Of a stretch of DNA of 64,000 nucleotides, positions 13,214-25,949 are shown piece by piece (position 1 is the first letter of the stretch; every line of letters begins with the position of its first letter). Origin of the DNA: Camelus dromedarius (taxonomy: Eukaryota). Location of the stretch: assembly GCF_036321535.1 (NCBI RefSeq), contig NC_087436.1, positions 68,698,001 through 68,762,000 on the forward strand, read 5' to 3'. The position numbers were made by a program, and so were the translations under genes. The notes below the pieces were generated by a model. The model searched no databases, was not told where the DNA came from, and saw only the letters and a list, made by a program, of their open reading frames with translations.

Positions 13214-13620
13214 CAGTAGTGGGAGAAAATTTTTCTGAGTTAAATAAATATCAAAATCTGAAGATTCAAAGGGATAGACATTTTTAGGCAGATTTGGCGT
13301 ATCAGGAGAATTTTTGAATTTAGATACAAAAAAACATCTCTACAAACTTCCATATCAAAGGAAAAATATATCAATAGAAGAAATAGAATCATATCTCATC
13401 TGTCACATTGAAGGTGGAAGCTGGTGGAATAATATCCTCATACTCAGAGAGAAAAAGCTGACAATTCAACAATCCTATTCCCACTCAAGATATAATCGCT
13501 AGTTAGAGTAAAAGAAAGATATTTATGGATATTCAAGAATCTAGTAATATATCATTCACATGTCACAACTGAGAAAAATACATGACTAAAGATTCTAGAA
13601 AAGCAAGATATAAATCAGAA
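12780..13620 (+). mobile_element. Ancient L1/HAL1 ORF1 relic
   Basis: VPEE...IIKTVVGENFSELNKYQNLKIQR resembles L1 ORF1p GVPE..IIxENFPxL..LQIQ. Confidence 0.65.
13142..13210 (+). repeat. (TAA)23 microsatellite
   Basis: Perfect run. Confidence 0.95.
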
Positions 13621-16600
13621 TTGAACTCTCAATAGAGAAGAGAAGGAGAAGAGGGAAGAAATACTGAGCAATGAAACATGAGGGGGGCATGTGTGTGTGT
13701 GTGTGTATGTTCAATACAACAAATGTGTAATTTAAATGCTTGCAGTAGAAGCAACATACTTTAAGAAACATCCTAACAACAGTTAAGAACTTGAGGTACT
13801 ATCTCAGCAAAACCTACTTATAAGAATAGGAAGGGAAGGCAGGGGAGGGAGGGAAAATAAGTTTTAAAAAGCCTTATCAGGAGTGGGGAATGGAAATGGG
13901 GTTAGGTAAGGAAAATCGTGTTTTGATGGTGCTAATAACTTTTTTAATAATAGAAGAATATTTATCTAACTTTGAGTTCCAGGACAGTTAACTATTAACT
14001 AAGAATACTGAAACTCTCAAGAGGGAAAAAATAGAATGAAAAACAATGTAAATCAGCAAAAATAAGGACAAGAAAATGGAAAAAAACCCCAACAATCACC
14101 ATTATTTACTTAAAGCAAAATGGAGAAATAAAATCAGATAAATTACCTATTCCAAATAAAGAGAATAGATAAATTTTTGTCATTAAAGAATCTATTAAAT
14201 GGTATTCAAAAGTAAAATCTAGTTAGGAGAATAAGGAAGGATACACACTACTTTGTTAATATGGATTACTTTGAAGTGGAGTTTGCAGATATGTGTAGAG
14301 GGATAGGGAGGAATGGTAAAAAATAAGCAGAAAAGAAAAAAGAAGTCTGTACTTAAAAAAATCCATTTTATGTGTTTTGATCCTATTCTTCCATTTATGT
14401 AAGTTTTAATTTTTGATTTCTTTTCTTTTTATGTTTATATCTTTACATAAATATGAATGAGCTTGAAAGTCTTTGGAAGGTTTTTAAGCTGGTAACTGAT
14501 GTGATTTGATTCTTATTTTTTAAAGACAACTTTAGCTACTGTGTGGAAAATAGATTACAGGGAGGTTAGGCAAACACAAAAGAAACCAGTTAGGAGGCAG
14601 CTGTAGGAGCTCAGGCAAGAAAAATGATAAGGGCTGCAATTCAGGAGACAAGCAGATAGATTAAAGTTGTATTTTGGTGGTGAAGTTAATAGAATGTACT
14701 GATTTGTTGGTCTAGAGGAGTATTCCTTTGTTGAGTTTTTAGATTGAGCAACTGGGCTGATTTTGGTGTTCTTTACTAAGATGGGTAAGACTCTGGGAGA
14801 AACAGGTCTTGGGGTAAAGATCAGTAGTTCCCTTTTTGGAGTTATCAGTGTGGATGGCTTTTAAACAGTTTGGATGAGTAAGTTAGAGAGAGTACAGACT
14901 GAGGAGAGAGAAGAAAAAAGGAAGGGGAAAGATGGAGAAGGGAGAAGAGGGGAGGACTCTAGACAAGGCAGAGGGGACCACCTATAATTACAGATCTACA
15001 GATGATAAGGAACCAGCAAAGGCAGCTGGAAAAAGCAGCTAATGAAGAAGAAAATATGGCAAAGAAAGTATTTTAAAATCCGAAAAGAGAAAAGTTTCAG
15101 AGAGGAAGATAAGTAATGATGAGAAGTTCAAGTAGGAAGTGAAACATTATGCTGTATACCAGGAATTGACACACTGTAACTGATTATACTTTTAATTGGA
15201 AAAAAAAGTGACCATCAGATTTGGTAACAGTGAGGTCTTTAGTGACCTTTATAGGAGTAGTTTAATGGGGTGGAGAGAAAGGAATTCCAGGTGGACTGGG
15301 TTAAAGTGAGAGCAGGTGACAAGGAGGTGGAAACGGCAATCATATCTAACTTTTTCAACAAAATTTTACTGAGAAAGGAAGCAGGAAAATGATGCTAGAA
15401 GAGAACAGAGTCAAGAGCAATGTTTTTAGAAGATGACAGTGTGTGAGCAAGATACTGATATCTCTGAAGAAAAGACCCTGAAATACTGCACTGCACTGTA
15501 GAAGAGTAATAGTATTACACTGTTTTGTTTCCTGTGCAAAAGAACATCCTAAGAAAAGAGAATAATATAGCTATTATATGCTCAGGATAGTTCAACTGTT
15601 GTCAGTTCTCTTAGGCTGAGAAACATTTCTCCTGATTTGTAAATCTACATTTTCTCTTCAGGTTGTACATTATTTTCTCTCACTTCTCATGAATCCCCTG
15701 TTCACTGACTTTTGTTCCCCAAATATTATTTGAATATGAGGAGATGATTGGGGCAATAGATCCAGGGAGCATCCATAGCTACAAGGAAAAGACATACTAA
15801 GTGAAAAAATTAGTACCACAGACTGTGGTTTCTGTAGGTATTCAGAGACAGGAGGCAACATTTTGAGTTGCAGTGGTTAGATAATAGGATCCTAGAATTT
15901 GTAGGAATAAATCCACAGATTCATAGAATTTAAATCTACAAGTGACCTTATAAATAATCTTAACCGGTCCTATTCTTTAAAAAAGTGAACAGAATCTTGC
16001 ACAAGCTGTTTATATAATCAAGTGATTATGCCAGAAACACAAATAATATTACTTATATTTTCCAGATGGCTAGCTGATTGTCCCAACACTATCTATTGAA
16101 TTTGAAATAACATCTTTACCATAAACTAAAGTATTGTATTGAACATATAATTTATTTGGACAGGATCAATATAATTAAAATAATGAGTCTTCCTTACAGG
16201 AACATTTTTTTTCTATTTATTCTTTTATGTTGTTTAGTAAGATTATATCTTTTTATTCATATAGGTTTTACACAATTGTGTTAGTTTTATTCATGTATAG
16301 CTTATAGTTTTAGTTGCTATTAAATGGAATTTAAAAATAGTAACTTGTATATTTTGTTATTTTTGGTGATTAAGAAAACTGTTACTTGTTATGTGTTGGT
16401 AAAAACTCTATTATTGCTACCAGTAATTTTTCGATTAGGTATCTTGAATATTTTAAGTACATGGTAATATTGTTGGTAAATAATGATCCTTTTTCTTCAT
16501 TCTTTTCAAAGAACACGTATTACTTCCTTTCCTTTTTCTAATTGCATTAGTGTGAACATCTAGTAGAATGTTTGATTCAGCCCTTTAATTAATTTACATT

Positions 16601-17428
16601 ATATTATTTCCTGTGGAAATAACTAATTTCTTAAATTAATTAATTAATTAGTTACCCACTCTGGCTTTCTCTCATAACCTTTGCTGTCTCTGATTTTGAG
16701 TTCATTCCAAGCTCCTGCTGGGAATACTCACTTTCTTAGAGGCTAGTGTTTTATGTCCAGAGTGTTGTGAATTTGCTGGCAACTGTGCTGCTGTGATTTT
16801 ACTCTTACGCAGAGCTCTAGGTTTTACCTTCCAGAAACTCTTCATTCTTTCAGTCCGTTGGTAGCAACATTTCTATCATTGTTAGACATTTTGGGGTTTT
16901 GTTTGTTTGTTTGTTTTCTATCATTTCAGTGAGATTTGAAGAGAGTGAGGGATAAACGCTTGTTTTAATTAGCAATCTTGTTTTGGAAGTCAGGCTAGAA
17001 CTACTTTAAAGGAACAATTAATAAGATTTGGTGAATGATTAGATAATGGAGAAGGAAGAGTCAAAATTGGCTTTAACATATAGTGACTAGTGAGTTGGGA
17101 GAGTGGGAATACCATAAACTGAAACCAGGGTAAGAGACTAGACTGAAGACCAAAAATGATGCCTGCTGAATGATACTCTTGCTTTTAAAAATAGGCTTCA
17201 GTATGAACTCAGACACCTAGCCCTAGAATATATTATTTGTTTAATGAGGTATTTGTTTAATAAGATGGATGCTGTAGAACCAGTTTTTGATATGGTATTG
17301 TTTCCAAATCAAAATATGTATAGCTAAACTTGTAATGCTTTTAGTTAAGGTTCTCTCTCTCTCTCTCTTTTAAGATGAGTTATTCATATTTTGTTTTAGT
17401 GCCCTTAATTTCTCCATTCCCCACCTCC

Positions 17429-17514
17429 TTTTTCAGATGGAGGTACTGGGTATTGAACCCAGGACCTCATGCATGCTAAGCATGTGCTCTACCATTGAGC
17501 TATACCCACCCTCC
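17429..17514 (-). mobile_element. tRNA-derived SINE, camelid Vic-1-like
   Basis: Minus strand: ggtatagctcaatggtagagcacatgcttagcatgcatgaggtcctgggttcaatacccagtacctcc with A and B boxes and A tail. Confidence 0.8.
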
Positions 17515-18003
17515 TCCATCACTTTTTTTTTTTATTGTATTCATCTTCCCAAGCCTCACAATAGATCAAAAGATCAACACACACCTTAAATAATACCAAA
17601 GCTTGCCATCCTTAGCGTGAATAGTAACTGCAGGCTTAGGGTGTTCCCGGAAGCTATAAGGAGGATTTATAGGAATTTTTCCAGTAATACTCATGCAATT
17701 CCTATTTTTAATAAGGTCAGTTTCTTGGCAAACCTTGGAGGAAAAGGGTTGTCAGATATTTGACCTGAAACCAAATGCCAAGTTTCAGAAAATGACTTAG
17801 GATTATTGGGCAGGGCCTTGAGCAGGGGTTTCGGAACTAATCATTTCCCCAGAAGTAAGGAAGAACAAGATTAGAAATTCAAATGGAAGTCAAAAGACAC
17901 ACATATCACAAACTCTGAATCTTTCATACCACATGGACTTAATTTTTTACTTTCCCCAGCTTCTTCACCTTATTCCATTTTGTTCCCTCCTTTTTCCCTG
18001 AAG

Positions 18004-18375
18004 AAAAATACGCAAATGTTTTCCAAGTCACCATTTAGGCAAGTGAGGGCAAGGAGGTTCTAGACTATACTGATGGGAAGATCTTCAGAATGATGAACAC
18101 AAGGATGAGTCTATTAACTGAAAAATCATGATCATTTACGTTATGGTATTAAAACCACTTCTTTGGGTGAGAAATTGGTCATTACAATACTTATCAAATA
18201 TAGGAGGCTTAACATACCAATCAATACATGTTTTAATAAAGAGGAACCTGACCAAAGCCCAAAGACATGGTTATACATAAGGGGTTGTCTTTCGAAAAAT
18301 CTCAGACTAAAGTGGATGTCCTGAAGATCAATAAAAATAATTATATCACATGAGGGAAAGAAAAAATTCCAGAAA
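18004..18375 (+). pseudogene. Relic exon, RGSL1-like RGS domain
   Basis: Pyrimidine tract plus aag| acceptor, AAA|gtaact donor; 68 open codons 18118-18321, LKNHDHLRY...EKLVITILIKYRRL...GCLSKNLRLKWMS. Confidence 0.5.
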
Positions 18376-20177
18376 GTAACTGGAGTCCCTAAACCAATTA
18401 TTTAGTGTAACTATATAGTATTCTTTAACATATTCTTTTATAATTAATTTTTATATAAGAATCCAGGTATTTCAAATTCTCTCTTTCAAGTAAACTTAAA
18501 AATATATAAGATAACTTTTTTTTGGTGGTGTTGTTATGTTGTTAAATTATACTTTAAAGTGTGTAACAAAGGATTATAATATGATATGTTGTTATAGAGG
18601 CAGAAGAATACTACTCCCACGTGACAAATATCCTAAAAGTGGACACAAAAGATATAGCACATGTCTGCTAGTTTGATAGTCCCAGATGTGGAGTGAAAGT
18701 TGGGTCTATGGTCCCTTCTGCTACTTTATAGTAACCACCCTGCAACCATGTCTGCGGACATCCTGTCCTGAGCATCCAGTATTTATTTCTTCTATCCTTA
18801 TTTTCAAATTATAGAAAAGAAAACTAGTGCATCAGTAATTTTTGTAAGCTTTCTTCATATCAATTAATATATAAATAGTATCTCTGTAACATTGGTTTCA
18901 TTTCTTAAATTAAACCTTGGATCTTTTCAGTTCCTTCATGGTTAGAAACTTATGCACAATGATTTTCATTTACTATGTCAGAGAAATATTTTGTTTTTAA
19001 AATAGTCTGGGTTAGAAGGTACAGTAATCTTGAATTTAGGACCACTGCTGGAATTTTAGATTTCTGATAAATTTTGAAGGGCATGAAACTGAATGAACAC
19101 TAACATAATTTTTACTGAAACTAAAACATTGCTAACCCATATTAGATGAAATAGAAACCATGCATATTATCCTTCACGTTATTAACCTTTTAAAAATTAC
19201 ATAATTCTAATTCTAATGAACTCCATATATAATGTCATTTGGTAAGCTGCAAGGAGAGGCATATACATAAATGTGCATATGCTCATACCAGGTTTAGGCT
19301 AGCTCAGCAGAAAATCTGTTACTTGATGAATGTCCTGGTTATATAATGACCAAAGATGCCCCCTCCTCTTGGATACTCTGTTAAGTAGTTTGATGTATGA
19401 ACTTGGCTGACGTATTTTATCTGGGTAATTTTAGATACCTTACACATATCAGGTATCATTTTGGTCATCCATAATCTACCACATTTGTATGTGAAAATCA
19501 CACAGAATTTAGTTAAACATTTTGAAATATTTGCCTGGTCTTGTGAAAACTGATGTAATCTGAAATGTGCTTGAGATTTTATAATATTTACATGCTTATT
19601 AATTTTAGGGAAATACATTATAAAGAAGATGAATCCAGTATGACTGGGTAAATTAACCTCTTTGTGCCTCAGTTTCTTCACATGGAAAATGGGAATGTTG
19701 GGAGAACCAAATAAGTTAATCTATAAAGTGCTTAGACCAGTACTGACAATCAGTAAAGCTAATTTTTATTGTTAAGGTACTGCCTCACTCCTAAATTTTA
19801 GAATTTCTGTTCACTGTAATTGAGCATCGTATCTGATGGAGAGGTACCAAAAAAAAAAAAAAAAAACAAACCCAACATCTCTCTTTATTCAATTTCTTTT
19901 CTCCTTTTAGAGTGAATCATCACAAGAATTATTTAATGGAAATCTTCAGAAGAAGAAACATAGGCTGTAGGCATTATAATAATGACTAATAGATAAGTTT
20001 GATGAATGATTCACAACTCCATTTGGTACATGCTATTATTTACTTATGAATGTTGTGTATTTGGTAATAGTTATAATACAAGGAGTATTGTATTAAATGA
20101 AAATAGAAAGGCATATAAAAGCAGGTGCTCTGACGCATGTCAATGAAAAAGTAGGAGAAATAGTTGGTGGCTGTTTT

Positions 20178-23100
20178 TTTTTTAACATTTTTTATTGATT
20201 TATAATCATTTTACAATGTTGTGTCAAATTCCAGTGTTCAGCACAATTTTTCAGTTATTCATGGACATATACACACTCATTGTCACATTTTTTTCTCTGT
20301 GAGTTATCATAACATTTTGTGTATATTTCCCTGTGCTATACAGTGTAGTCTATTCTACAATTTTGAAATCCCAGTCTATCCCTTCCCACCCTTCACCCCC
20401 CTGGTAACCACAAGTCTGTATTCTCTGTCTGTGAGTCTATTTCTGTCCTTTATTTATGCTTTGTTTTTGTTTGTTTGTTTGTTTTTGTTCTTGTTTTTTA
20501 GATTCCACATATGAGCGATCTCATATGGTATTTTTCTTTCTCTTTCTGGCTTACTTCACTTAGAATGACATTCTCCAGGAGCATCCATGTTGCTGCAAAT
20601 GGCATTATGTTGTCGGTTTTTATGGCTGAGTAGTATTCCACTGTATAAATATACCACTTCTTCTTTATCCAGTCACCTGTTGATGGACATTTAGGCTGTT
20701 TCCATGTTTTGGCTATTGTAAATAGTGCTGCTATGAACATTGGGGTGCAGGTGTCATCCTGAAGTAGATTTCCTTCTGGATACAAGCCCAGGAGTGGGAT
20801 TCCTGGGTCATATGGTAAGTCTATTCCTAGTCTTTTGAGGAATCTCCACACTGTTTTCCATAGTGGCTGCACCAAACTGCATTCCCACCAGCAGTGTAGG
20901 AGGGTTCCCCTTTCTCCACAGCCTCTCCAGCATTTGTCATTTCTGGGTTTTTGAATGACGGCCATTCTGACTGGTGTGAGGTGATACCTCATTGTAGTTT
21001 TGATTTGCATTTCTCTGATAATTAGTGATATGGAGCATTTTTTCATGTGCTTTTTGATCATTTGTATGTCTTCCTTGGAGAATTGCTTGTTTAGGTCTTC
21101 TGCCCATTTTTGGATTGGGTTGTTTATTTTTTTCTTATTGAGTCGTATGAGCTGCTTATATATTCTGGAGATCAAGCCTTTGTCGGTTTCACTTGCAAAA
21201 ATTTTCTCCCATTCCGTAGGTTTTCTTCTTGTTTTATTTCTGGTTTCCTTTGCTGTGCAGAAGCTTGTAAGTTTCATTAGGTCCCATTTGTTTATTCTTG
21301 CTTTTATTTCTTCTAGGAAAAAATTTTTTAAATGTATGTCAGATAATGTTTTGCCTATGTTTTCCTCTAGGAGGTTTATTGTATCTTGTCTTATGTTTAA
21401 GTCTTTAATCCATTTTGAGTTGATTTTTGTATATGGTGTAAGGGAGTGTTCTAGCTTCATTGTTTTACATGCTGCTGTCCAGTTTTCCCAACACCATTTG
21501 CTGAAGAGACTGTCTTTATTCCAATGTATATTCTTGCCTCCTTTGTCGAAGATGAGTTGACCAAAAGTTTGTGGGTTTATTTCTGGGCTCTCTATTCTGT
21601 TCCATTGGTCTATATGTCTGTTTTGGTACCAATACCATGCTGTCTTGATGACTGTAGCTCTATAGTATTGTCTGAAGTCTGGGAGAGTTATTCCTCCAGC
21701 CTCTTTCTTTCTCTTCAGTAATGCTTTGGCAATTCTAGGTCTTTGATGGTTCCATATGAATTTTATTATGATTTGTTCTAGTTCTGTGAAATATGTCCTG
21801 GGTAATTGGATAGGGATTGCATTAAATCTGTAGATTGCCTTGGGCAGTGTGACCATTTTAACAATATTGATTCTTCCAATCCAAGAGCATGGAATATCTT
21901 TCCATTTTTTAAAGTCTTCTTTAATTTCCTTCATCAATGGTTTATAGTTTTCTGTGTATAATTCTTTCACCTCCTTGGTTAGATTTATTCCCAGATATTT
22001 TATTACTTTGGGTGCTATTTTAAAGGGGATTGTTTCTTTACTTTCTTCTTCTGTTGATTTATCGTTAGTGTAAAGAAATGCAACTGATTTTTGAACGTTA
22101 ATTTTGTAACGTGCTACCTTGCTGAATTCTTCAATCAGCTCTAGTAGCTTTTGTGTGGACCTTTTAGGGTTTTCTATATATAGTAACATGTCATCAGCAT
22201 ATAATGACACTTTTACCTCTTCTTTTCCAATTTGGATCCCTTTTATTTCTTTCTCTTGCCTGACTGCTGTGGCTAGGACTTCCAGGACTATGTTGAATAG
22301 GAGTGGTGATAGTGGGCATCCTTGTCTTGTCCCAGATTTTAGTGGGAAGCTTTTGAGTTTTTCACCGTTGAGTACTATGCTGGCTGTAGGTTTGTCATAT
22401 ATAGCTTTTATTATGTTGAGATATGTTCCCTCTATACCCACTTTGGCGAGAGTTTTTATCATAAACGGGTGTTGAATTTTATCAAATGCTTTTTCTGCAT
22501 TGATTGAGATGATCATGTGGTTTTTGTCCTTTCTCTTGTTGATGTGATGTATTACACTGATTGATTTGCGTATGTTGAACCAGCGTTGTGTCCCTGGGAT
22601 GAACCCCACTTGGTCATGATGTATAATCTTTTTTATGTGTTGTTGGATCCTATTTGCTAAAATTTTGGTGAGGATTTTGGCATCTATGTTCATCAGTGAT
22701 ATTGGCCTATAATTCTCTTTTTTTGTAGTGTCTTTGCCTGGTTTTGGTATCAGGGTGATGGTGGCTTCATAGAATGAGTTTGGGAGTATTCCCTCCTTTT
22801 CAATCGTCTGGAAGAGTTTGAGAAGGACTGGTATGAGTTCTTCTTTGTATGTTTGGTAGAATTCCCCGGTGAAGCCGTCTGGTCCTGGACTTTTATTTGT
22901 AGGGAGGTTTTTAATTGCTATTTCTATTTCCTTTCTAGTGATCGGATTGTTCAAGTGTTCAGATTCTTCTTGATTCAGTTTTGGTGGACAGTATGTTTCC
23001 AGAAACTTGTCATCTCCTCTAGGTTATCCAGTTTGGTTCCATATAGTTTTTCATAATATTCTCGTATGATATTCTGTATTTCTATTTTGTTTGTTATAAT

Positions 23101-23516
23101 TTCTCCATTTTCCTTTCTTATTTTGCTAATTTGTGCTCCCTCTTTTTTCTTCTTTGTGAGTTTGGCCAGAGGTTTGTCGATTTTATTTACTTTTTCAAAA
23201 AACCAGCTTTTGGTTTGGTTGATTTTTTCTATGGTCTTGTTAATCTCTATTGTATTTAATTCCTCTCTGATCTTTATTATTTCCTTCCTTCTGCTGCTTT
23301 TTGGGGCTTTTTGTTCTTCTTTTTCCAATTCATTCAGGTGGTGGGTTAAATTGTTTATTTGAGATTGTTCTTCTTTTTTGAGGAAGGCCTGTATCGCTAT
23401 AAACTTCCCTCTTAGCACTGCCTTTGCTGTGTCCCATAGGTTTTGAGTGGTTGTGCTTTCATTATCATTTGTCTCAAGGTATTTTTTAATTTCAGCTTTG
23501 ATTTCCTCATTGATCC
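20178..23516 (-). mobile_element. Young 5'-truncated LINE-1 (about 3.3 kb) in TMPRSS11C intron 3
   Basis: ORF2 pieces 22975-23418 and 20498-22954 (RT YADD, C-terminal CCHC); perfect TSD atagttggtggctgtttt at 20160-20177 and 23517-23534; TTTT/AA endonuclease site. Confidence 0.97.
20498..23418 (-). pseudogene. L1 ORF2 remnant (linker, RT, C-terminal domain), frameshifted near 23000
   Basis: 818-aa open frame plus an upstream 147-aa frame; endonuclease domain mostly missing; motif-A Asp changed to Asn. Confidence 0.93.
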
Positions 23517-24916
23517 ATAGTTGGTGGCTGTTTTAATACAGGTTGAGTTAGGGACTGGGAATGAAGGCTGCTAAGGGAACCTGAAGCAAGATGTCAGGAT
23601 TGGTGGTTGATCAACCAAGATGGTATGATAATTGATCAGACTGGTAGTTTTAGAATATTTATTTGTGAAGTAAACATAGGTTAGTTGATTTGAACATGTT
23701 GATTTGAATTTATAGCAGAAACGGTGAATTTCTTAGTGTAGGCATATTTGGAGTTATTTAAAAATTGTATTTAATTTTGTTATATACTTAAAATGTATTA
23801 AGCCTATTAATCTTACTCAGATAATTGTTTTAGATTTTTTTAAGGACTTATAGAATAATAGGACTTCTGCTAAGACTATGGCATATTTAACCTTACGTAA
23901 ATGTCAAGAGCATTCCCATGATATAGGTATTTATCATCTCATTTTTAGTTGAGGAGAATGAGGTGTGGGAAGATAAAATGACTTGTCCAAGGAGCTTATC
24001 TATGCGGCTAGTAAATGGCTAAACTTAGACTTGAACAAGGACTCTGAGTCCAAAGCCTATTTGTTAATCATTGGGTTATACTGCTTCCTTGCCATTTTCT
24101 TTGGGGATTTTCTTTCTCCATTTTCTATATACTAACTCTTATTATAATGGCAAAAGCACACCAAGACTTTTAAGGTCTTCAGATTTATTAGAAACTCAAA
24201 GGTAGTAGAATGCTATGGAAAAACTGTAAGATTTAGTCAGAGAGAGCTAGGTCTGAAAATGTCCTGTCAGGAATCTTCTCAGGGAAATGGAAAATGAATG
24301 ATGCCACCACGGCTCTTGGCAGAATTTGGTTTGGTTGACAGAATTATATGAGTTAGTTAGAGTGGTATCTTTGATAAAGGAAGCTTATTTCCAAGCAGCA
24401 GTCAAGATTCTTCATTAGGTCTTTAGTTAAGTAAAGGTTGACTTATAACAAAGCATATTCTTAAGTAGACATTTAACAATTTTCACATACACTGAGGATC
24501 AACAAGATGCTCTTTATATTAGGCTGTATTTTAGGCTCTTCTACACTGACCATTTCTCCTACTTGAAGGGCTGCTTAAGTTAAGAGCAGAAACAAGTTGG
24601 CCTTGGTCAGGTATCTTGGAGGTAGAATAAGTTTCATTCATTTAACTTATTAATACATTAGAAATATTCTTTGACTATCTATCACATCAGGCATTTTTTA
24701 GGTGTTCTCAAAATGTGTCCCTCTTAAACTTTTTTTCTCCCTGTATGTTTTCTAACTGACTTTCTGACAGGGCTGACCACCCTAATTTAGAACTGAGGTA
24801 GTGGTAAGAAATTGTATGAAATCATCAGTCATCAACTTGGAAGGTGATTGCTAGGATTATGTCGTTTGAAGAAACAGCATTTAAAAAAAAATGCTAAGAA
24901 AAGAACTTCAACTTAC

Positions 24917-25035
24917 CAAAGACACTATCTTTTTATTTAGGTCCATATATTCTTGTGAATATGGTTTTTCAAACTTGCTGTCATAGTCAATGTTATTGAC
25001 TTTAAAGTTGATGTGGTAGTAGAAAGGTGTCTTTC
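24917..25035 (-). CDS. TMPRSS11C: TMPRSS11C exon 3, start of SEA domain
   Basis: GKTPFYYHINFKVNNIDYDSKFEKPYSQEYMDLNKKIVSL; ctcag| and TTG|gtaagt; 119 nt, open. Confidence 0.93.
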
Positions 25036-25949
25036 CTGAGAAGGAAAAAAAAAGAAAAAATAGCTCTCACTTTGGTCATCATGTAACTGTTTTCATTCTT
25101 AACAAAATTATGTGAAATAGAATACTCTGATGAAATTTCAGGTAACTCAACATTTAAATAGTCTTAATTCTTAAGTGATTGTTGAAATAACTTTGATATG
25201 TTTATTAAATTATAACCTTGCCCAAGAATGTATTCATAAATTTTAATGCAAAATTTCAATGTGCCAACTTTCAAGTTTGGGCAGTCTGAAGACAGATATG
25301 TTATTTTGAGATGAAATTATATTAAAGCATAGGTAATTACTTTAGTCTTTTTGGTCATTGCAGATGACATTTAGGAAAATCAGTGTTTTTTTTCATTTAT
25401 GAAGTACCTAGGAAATTAAAATGAATAAAAGAGAAAGAAAAATGAGGCATGACTTGTAAGTATTGCAATTTAAGTAAACAGAACAAAGAAATCAAATGTA
25501 CAACTTTAGAAAAGTGAAGTGAAGGAAAAAGTTGAGGGCAAGGCTGGACAGTATTATTTTAATATGTCAAATATAGTAGAATTAAATTTTTTCTTGTAGC
25601 TTTCCTCAGGTCCCATTGCACCCCTGCAGTCCATAGACTGGGAAGGCACGTTGAGAGAGAGAGAAAAAAAGAGAAAGAAAGGGTTGGTCAGGGAGAGAGC
25701 AAGAGAGACTGAAAGGGGAAGAAAGAGGTGAGAAAGAGAAAGAAGGGAGACGAATTGGGAAGGGGGGGGTAAAATCATTTTGTAATATTCTGATGAAATT
25801 CTTCATGTGAGTAGTTACAGTTAGTTATTTAGAAAAATCCTTCCTATACATTCACATATAATAAAAAAAAAGCAAAGTAAAATGAGATAGCATTTTGTTT
25901 GGATTACATTGGCAAAGATGACAAAAATAATAACACTCAGTAGCTTCAC

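Noticed and set aside
13072..13287. ORF with a poly-Ile run resembling a membrane peptide
   Set aside because: Translation of the (TAA)n microsatellite within an L1 ORF1 relic
17429..17514. tRNA-like sequence with A and B boxes
   Set aside because: No proper acceptor stem, followed by an A-rich tail; better explained as a SINE
19319..19681. 120-aa minus-strand ORF as a TMPRSS11C exon
   Set aside because: Starts in a MIR; exons 3 and 4 already join in phase without it
21000..23362. Several plus-strand hydrophobic ORFs
   Set aside because: Antisense shadows of L1 ORF2
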